NCBI GenBank assembly: GCA_963716255.1
Contig: OY970303.1
Location: 6,432,001-6,496,000, forward strand
Length of the DNA: 64,000 nt
Source: an uncultured Gemmatimonadales bacterium
Lineage (GTDB): Bacteria > Gemmatimonadota > Gemmatimonadetes > Longimicrobiales > Longimicrobiaceae
Direction of reading: 5' to 3'
How positions within the stretch are numbered: the first letter of the stretch is position 1; each line of letters begins with the position of its first letter. The position numbers and the translations under genes were made by a program. Of the stretch, positions 59,359 through 64,000 are shown piece after piece. The notes under the pieces were generated by a model. The model did no database searches. It worked only from the letters and a program-made list of their open reading frames with translations, and was not told the DNA's origin.

Positions 59359-60359
59359 GCGGGCGCCCCCGCAGGAACAAGGAGCCCCCCGCCCCCGCGC
59401 GGGCGGCCGCACACGCCGACGAGACCGCCGCGCCCCCGCCGAGGGACGAGGCGGTCGCCGCTTTCCTGCGCTACGTGGGCGGGGAGCGTCAGCTGTCCCC
59501 GCGGACGCTGCGCGCCTACACGGACGACCTGCGCGAGTTCGAGGCGTTCCTGACCACCTACTACGGCACGCCGGAGTGGACGTGGGGCGGCATCGACCGG
59601 CTCACCATCCGCTCCTTCATGGGCGACTGCGTGGGGCGGCGCGGGCTGGCGAAGCGGTCGGTGGCGCGCAAGCTGTCGGCCGTGCGCTCCCTGTTCCGCT
59701 TCCTGCACGTGGAGGGCTTGGTGGAGGCGAACCCCGCCCGCTCCGTGCGCTCCCCTAAGCGCGAGCGCACGCTCCCCGGCTTCCTCACGCGGGAGCAGAT
59801 GGACACGGTGATCGAGTACGCCGAGGCGCGCGCCGACCACGGCACCCTCCTGGGGCTGCGCGACCTGGCGATCGTCGAGCTGTTCTACGGCACCGGCATG
59901 CGCCTTTCCGAGCTGCACGCCCTGGACCTGGCCGACCTGGACCTGGTGACCGAGCGGGCGCGGGTGATGGGCAAGGGTCGCAAGGAGCGCATCGTCCCGC
60001 TGGGGCGCATGGCGATCGCCGCGCTGCGCCGCTACTACGAGGTGCGCGACGCCCGGACGCAGGACACCCCCGGCGCCGACCCGCGGGCGGTGTTCGTGGG
60101 GCAGACCGGGCGCAGGCTCTCCGCCCGCCAGATCCAGAACGTGATCGGAAAGCTGCTGGAGGGCGTCTCGGAGGACTCCGGCATCTCCACCCACTCGCTG
60201 CGGCACACCTTCGCCACGCACCTGGTGGACGCCGGGGCCGACCTGGTGGCCGTCAAGGAGCTGCTGGGCCACGCGAGCCTGAGCACCACGCAGATCTACA
60301 CGCACACGTCCCGGGAGCGGCTCAAGGCGGTGTACCGCCAGGCGCACCCCCGGGCTTAG
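59355..60359 (+). CDS. xerC: tyrosine recombinase XerC
   Basis: [35 protein letters not shown]; housekeeping synteny. Confidence 0.9.
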   Translation: MSGRPRRNKEPPAPARAAAHADETAAPPPRDEAVAAFLRYVGGERQLSPRTLRAYTDDLREFEAFLTTYYGTPEWTWGGIDRLTIRSFMGDCVGRRGLAKRSVARKLSAVRSLFRFLHVEGLVEANPARSVRSPKRERTLPGFLTREQMDTVIEYAEARADHGTLLGLRDLAIVELFYGTGMRLSELHALDLADLDLVTERARVMGKGRKERIVPLGRMAIAALRRYYEVRDARTQDTPGADPRAVFVGQTGRRLSARQIQNVIGKLLEGVSEDSGISTHSLRHTFATHLVDAGADLVAVKELLGHASLSTTQIYTHTSRERLKAVYRQAHPRA

Positions 60360-60378
60360 AGAACCTGGACACGACCGA

Positions 60379-60924
60379 ATGAGCATACCCACCTTCCACG
60401 CCACCACCATCCTCGCCGTGCGGCGCGACGGCAAGCTCGCCCTGGGCGGGGACGGGCAGGTCACCATGGGCGAGACGGTGATGAAGGGCTCCGCCCAGAA
60501 GGTCCGCAAGATCAAGGACGGCAAGGTGCTGGCGGGGTTCGCCGGCTCCGTGGCGGACGCCTTCACCCTGTTCGAGAAGTTCGAGGAGAAGCTGGAGCGC
60601 TACCCCGGAAACCTGTCGCGCGCGTCGGTGGAGCTGGCCAAGGAGTGGCGCTCCGACCGCTACCTGCGGCGCCTGGAGGCTCTCCTCGCCGTCGCCGACC
60701 GGCAGCAGATGTACCTGCTCTCCGGCACCGGCGAGGTGATCGCCCCCGACGACGACATCGTCGCCATCGGCTCCGGGGGCTCGTACGCCCTGGCGGCGGC
60801 GCGGGCGCTCAAGGCCCACTCTCCCCTCCCCGCCGCCGACATCGTGCGGCGCGGCCTGGAGATCGCGGGGGAGATCTGCATCTACACCAACCAGAACATC
60901 ACCGTCCTCGAGCTGGAGGACTGA
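60379..60924 (+). CDS. hslV: ATP-dependent protease peptidase subunit
   Basis: [34 protein letters not shown]. Confidence 0.96.
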   Translation: MSIPTFHATTILAVRRDGKLALGGDGQVTMGETVMKGSAQKVRKIKDGKVLAGFAGSVADAFTLFEKFEEKLERYPGNLSRASVELAKEWRSDRYLRRLEALLAVADRQQMYLLSGTGEVIAPDDDIVAIGSGGSYALAAARALKAHSPLPAADIVRRGLEIAGEICIYTNQNITVLELED

Positions 60925-60932
60925 CCGGAAAG

Positions 60933-62489
60933 ATGAGCGAAGACGCCAAGCAGGAGACGCCGGAGACGCCGGAGACGCCGGAGACCCAGCCGGAGGCCAA
61001 GCCCGAGGAGGAGCTCTGGCTGGACGAGATGACCCCGCGCCAGATCGTCGCCGAGCTGGACAAGTACATCGTGGGGCAGGAGGCCGCCAAGAAGTCGGTG
61101 GCCATCGCGCTCCGCAACCGCTGGCGGCGCCAGCGCGTGGACGAGGACCTGCGCGAGGAGATCCTTCCCAACAACATCATCATGATCGGGCCCACGGGCG
61201 TGGGGAAGACGGAGATCGCCCGTCGCCTGGCCCGGCTTGCCGGGGCGCCGTTCGTCAAGGTGGAGGCCTCCAAGTTCACCGAGGTGGGCTACGTGGGGCG
61301 CGACGTGGAGTCCATGGTGCGCGACCTGGTGGACATGGCCATCAACATGGTCCGCACCGAGCGCGAGGACGAGGTGCAGGAGGTGGCCGAGCAGCGGGTG
61401 GAAGACCGTCTCCTGGACCTGCTCATCCCCCCCGTGCAGGACGGGGCCAGGCCGCCCGATTCCGCGGCCACCCTGGAGCAGAGGCTGCGCGCCTTCGTCG
61501 TGTCCCCCACGGGGCAGGTGGAGGACCGCCGCCCCGCCACCGACGCCAAGGGCGACGCCAGGCCCGAGACGCCGGAGAACGGCGAGGACCAGGAAACCCG
61601 CGAGCGCCGGGAGCGCACCCGCGAAAAGTTCCGCCAGCTGCTCCGCGACGAGAAGCTGGAGGACCGCGAAGTCGAAGTGGAGGTGCAGCAGAGCTTCCCC
61701 ATGGAGAACATGATGGTGCCGCTGGGCGGCGGGGAAGGGATGGGCGACTTCACCGAGATGCTCCAGGACTTCCTCCCCAAGCGCACCAAGCGCCGCCGCG
61801 TCACCGTGGCCGAGGCGCGCCGCATCCTCCTCCAGGACGAGCTGGACAAGCTGGTCAACATGGACGAGGTGGTGGACGAGGCGCTGGAGCGCGCCGAGCA
61901 GATGGGAATCGTGTTCCTGGACGAGATCGACAAGATCGCCGGGGAGCGGGGCGGGGCGGGGGGGCCGGACGTGTCGCGCGAGGGCGTGCAGCGCGACCTC
62001 CTCCCCATCGTGGAGGGCTCCACCGTGCAGACCAAGTACGGCATGGTGAGGACCGACCACATGCTCTTCATCGCGGCCGGCGCCTTCCACGTGTCCAAGC
62101 CCTCGGACCTGATCCCCGAGCTGCAGGGGCGCTTCCCCATCCGGGTGGAGCTCACCAACCTCACGGAGCGCGACTTCGTCCGCATCCTGCGCGAGCCCAA
62201 GAACGCCCTGCTCACCCAGTACCGCGCCCTGGTCGCGGCGGAGGGCGCCACGCTGGAGTTCACCGACGAGGGAGTGGAGGCCATCGCCCGCACGGCGGCC
62301 ACGGTCAACGACCGCATGGAGAACATCGGGGCGCGGCGGCTGCACACCGTGCTGACCACGCTGCTGGAAGAGATCCTCTTCGACCTCCCCGACGCCACGG
62401 AAAAGAACATCGTCATCGACGCCGACACCGTGGGCGACCGGCTCAAGGCGATCGTGGAGGACGAGGACCTGCGGCGGTACATCCTTTAA
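60933..62489 (+). CDS. hslU: ATP-dependent protease ATPase subunit
   Basis: GPTGVGKTE, GYVGRDV, DEIDK, ELQGRFP, ENIGARRL, DLRRYIL. Confidence 0.96.
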   Translation: MSEDAKQETPETPETPETQPEAKPEEELWLDEMTPRQIVAELDKYIVGQEAAKKSVAIALRNRWRRQRVDEDLREEILPNNIIMIGPTGVGKTEIARRLARLAGAPFVKVEASKFTEVGYVGRDVESMVRDLVDMAINMVRTEREDEVQEVAEQRVEDRLLDLLIPPVQDGARPPDSAATLEQRLRAFVVSPTGQVEDRRPATDAKGDARPETPENGEDQETRERRERTREKFRQLLRDEKLEDREVEVEVQQSFPMENMMVPLGGGEGMGDFTEMLQDFLPKRTKRRRVTVAEARRILLQDELDKLVNMDEVVDEALERAEQMGIVFLDEIDKIAGERGGAGGPDVSREGVQRDLLPIVEGSTVQTKYGMVRTDHMLFIAAGAFHVSKPSDLIPELQGRFPIRVELTNLTERDFVRILREPKNALLTQYRALVAAEGATLEFTDEGVEAIARTAATVNDRMENIGARRLHTVLTTLLEEILFDLPDATEKNIVIDADTVGDRLKAIVEDEDLRRYIL

Positions 62490-62498
62490 AGACAACAG

Positions 62499-62730
62499 CC
62501 GGTTTGGGCGTGCCCCCGGCTGGCGCCGGGGTCGGGCTTCGGCTCCGTAGCAGACGAAACGACCGTCTGCAACGGAGTCGAGCCCCGGCGGAAACAGCCC
62601 CGCCGGGTCTCGCCCCTTCGGGCCGAAATCCCTCACGCGGGGGTGGCGCTGGCGTCCGCGAGGGGCCCCCACCCGGCTCGCTTTAGGCTCGCACGGCTTG
62701 CCCCCTATGTCCCCCAATTCTGGGGGAGGG
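62499..62730 (+). repeat. repeat family A, copy 11, with 3' extension
   Basis: consensus core directly after the hslU stop. Confidence 0.92.
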
Positions 62731-62880
62731 CTTCCCGACCCTGGAGTTCCGACGTGTCGTTCACCCCCTCTACCCTTGTGGGAGAGGGGGCCGGGGGATG
62801 AGGGGTGCCGTCGTCGTTCTCTCCTCCCCCTTGCGGGGAGGGGCCGGGGGAGGGGTTCGCCGTAGAATCCGGCAGACATG

Positions 62881-62919
62881 GAAAAGGGCCCCCGCTCGGT
62901 CGAGCAGGGGCCCTTCTTT
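62881..62919. terminator. intrinsic terminator between convergent units
   Basis: GAAAAGGGCCCC...GGGGCCCTTCTTT. Confidence 0.6.
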
Positions 62920-62958
62920 CCGTCGTTCCTCCGGCCTTCGGCGTGGCCGGCGGCCGCG

Positions 62959-63384
62959 TCAGTCCGGGAAGGTCACCGAGTGCGCGGTCTGCTCCGTGGG
63001 GCCGGCGCCGGTGATCAGCTCCACGATCGCGGACATCTCGGACCCCATGCGGTCCAGCCGGTCCAGGACGACGCGCGAGTGGGCGTAGTCGAAGTAGGTG
63101 TTGATGGCCTGCTCGTCGCCCGGGCCGAGCTGGATGATCCGGTCGTCCAGCTGGCCGCGCAGCTCCTCGCAGATCGCGAAGACGGCCGTGCGGACCTGCT
63201 GCTGCTCGGCGAGGGAGGTGAGGCTCATGTCGCCGGTGAGGCGCGGGCGGAGCAGCTCGACGAGCGCCATCGCTTCCGCGGGCGCCGCCACCGCGGATCC
63301 CGAGGCGGCCACCGTCGCCCCCAGCACCATCTCGGCGCCGGAGGCGAGGGCTCGGAGCTCCTCGAAGTTGCAGTGCAGGATCAC
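62959..63384 (-). CDS. hypothetical helical protein
   Basis: GGAGG RBS before GTG of VILHCNFEELRAL; GC3-rich codons. Confidence 0.7.
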   Translation of the reverse strand: MILHCNFEELRALASGAEMVLGATVAASGSAVAAPAEAMALVELLRPRLTGDMSLTSLAEQQQVRTAVFAICEELRGQLDDRIIQLGPGDEQAINTYFDYAHSRVVLDRLDRMGSEMSAIVELITGAGPTEQTAHSVTFPD

Positions 63385-63689
63385 GGTGCCTCCATTGATC
63401 GGTACGCCCGCACGATTAGCAAGCGCTGGGCCAATGTCCGATACCCTCGACAGGCCCGTGTGTTTCCCCGAAACGTCGGCCTGGAGCGGGGTTCTTTGCG
63501 GGGGAGCCGGGCGGAATGCGAGGAGGCGGAGCGCTCCGCGCCGGGTGGGATTGTGTCGTCCGTGGGACAGGGGGTGTCGCACCCCCGGGGCACCTGGTTC
63601 AATATTCGTCCAACCTCGCGGACGACGCAAGTGCCGCGACGGCCGCGTCGGATCGGCGCCCTTCCGGGACGCCCGCGCCCCGCGCGCGC

Positions 63690-64000
63690 CTACGCCTCGC
63701 CCATGAAGCGCCGCCGCGCCGCCAGCGCCCGCTCCAGCGCCTCCTCCGGCGTGTCGGCGAGCACGGTCAGGTGCCCCATCTTCCGCCCGGGGCGCCCCTC
63801 CGCCTTGCCGTACAGGTGCAGCGTCACGGCCGGGTCGCGAAACAGCTCCGCCGTTTCCGGGCGGCCCAGCCCGTTCCCCACGTGCTCGCCCAGCAGGTTC
63901 ACCATCGCCGCGGGGCGCAGCAGGTCGGCCGCGCCCAGGGGGAGCCCGCACACCGCGCGCAGCTGCTGCTCGAACTGCGACACGGAGCAGGCCTCCCAGG
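63690..64000 (-). CDS. purK: N5-carboxyaminoimidazole ribonucleotide synthase, C-terminal part
   Basis: SQFEQQLRAVCGLPLG, MVNLLG, HLYGK...PGRKMGH. Confidence 0.92.
   Translation of the reverse strand, partial: WEACSVSQFEQQLRAVCGLPLGAADLLRPAAMVNLLGEHVGNGLGRPETAELFRDPAVTLHLYGKAEGRPGRKMGHLTVLADTPEEALERALAARRRFMGEA

Noticed and set aside
59355..60359. Tyrosine recombinase as a prophage or island integrase
   Set aside because: It lies within the housekeeping topA-trmFO-hslVU run and matches XerC; no att site or cargo is visible

Overview
A very GC-rich bacterial chromosomal window; Gemmatimonadota/Longimicrobium-like affinity is inferred from gene content and is not verified. The left 38 kb is a patchwork of accessory and housekeeping genes: a VPS10/BNR hydrolase, two PAP2 paralogs, a cupin, a GAF/fRMsr protein, a cation:proton antiporter, a zinc metalloprotease, heme A and heme O synthases, DinB, an M15 peptidase, SDR, PepP, TMEM175, two ArsR-SRPBCC modules, a GT1 glycosyltransferase, an amidase, an archaeal/plant-type D-aminoacyl-tRNA deacylase-like protein and an acyl-CoA ligase. 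The right 25 kb holds a two-component system, type IV minor pilins, pilMNOPQ, a large pilQ-coupled lipoprotein, aroC-aroK-topA-trmFO-xerC-hslV-hslU and part of purK. The most notable signals are: (1) two small secreted Cys-rich peptides sharing the leader motif LGFGATQAxASP, one with a six-Cys CS-alpha-beta defensin-like pattern and one with a four-Cys version; (2) dispersed intergenic structured elements (family A, 11 full copies plus 1 partial; family B, 3 copies) whose stems covary between copies and share mismatched hairpins with AAAC-type loops; (3) a DTD2-like deacylase in a bacterium; (4) a small AT-richer island with a probably frameshifted lipoprotein and a partner gene. No rRNA, tRNA, CRISPR array or transposase was recognised. 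All calls come from reading motifs by eye, without database searches.
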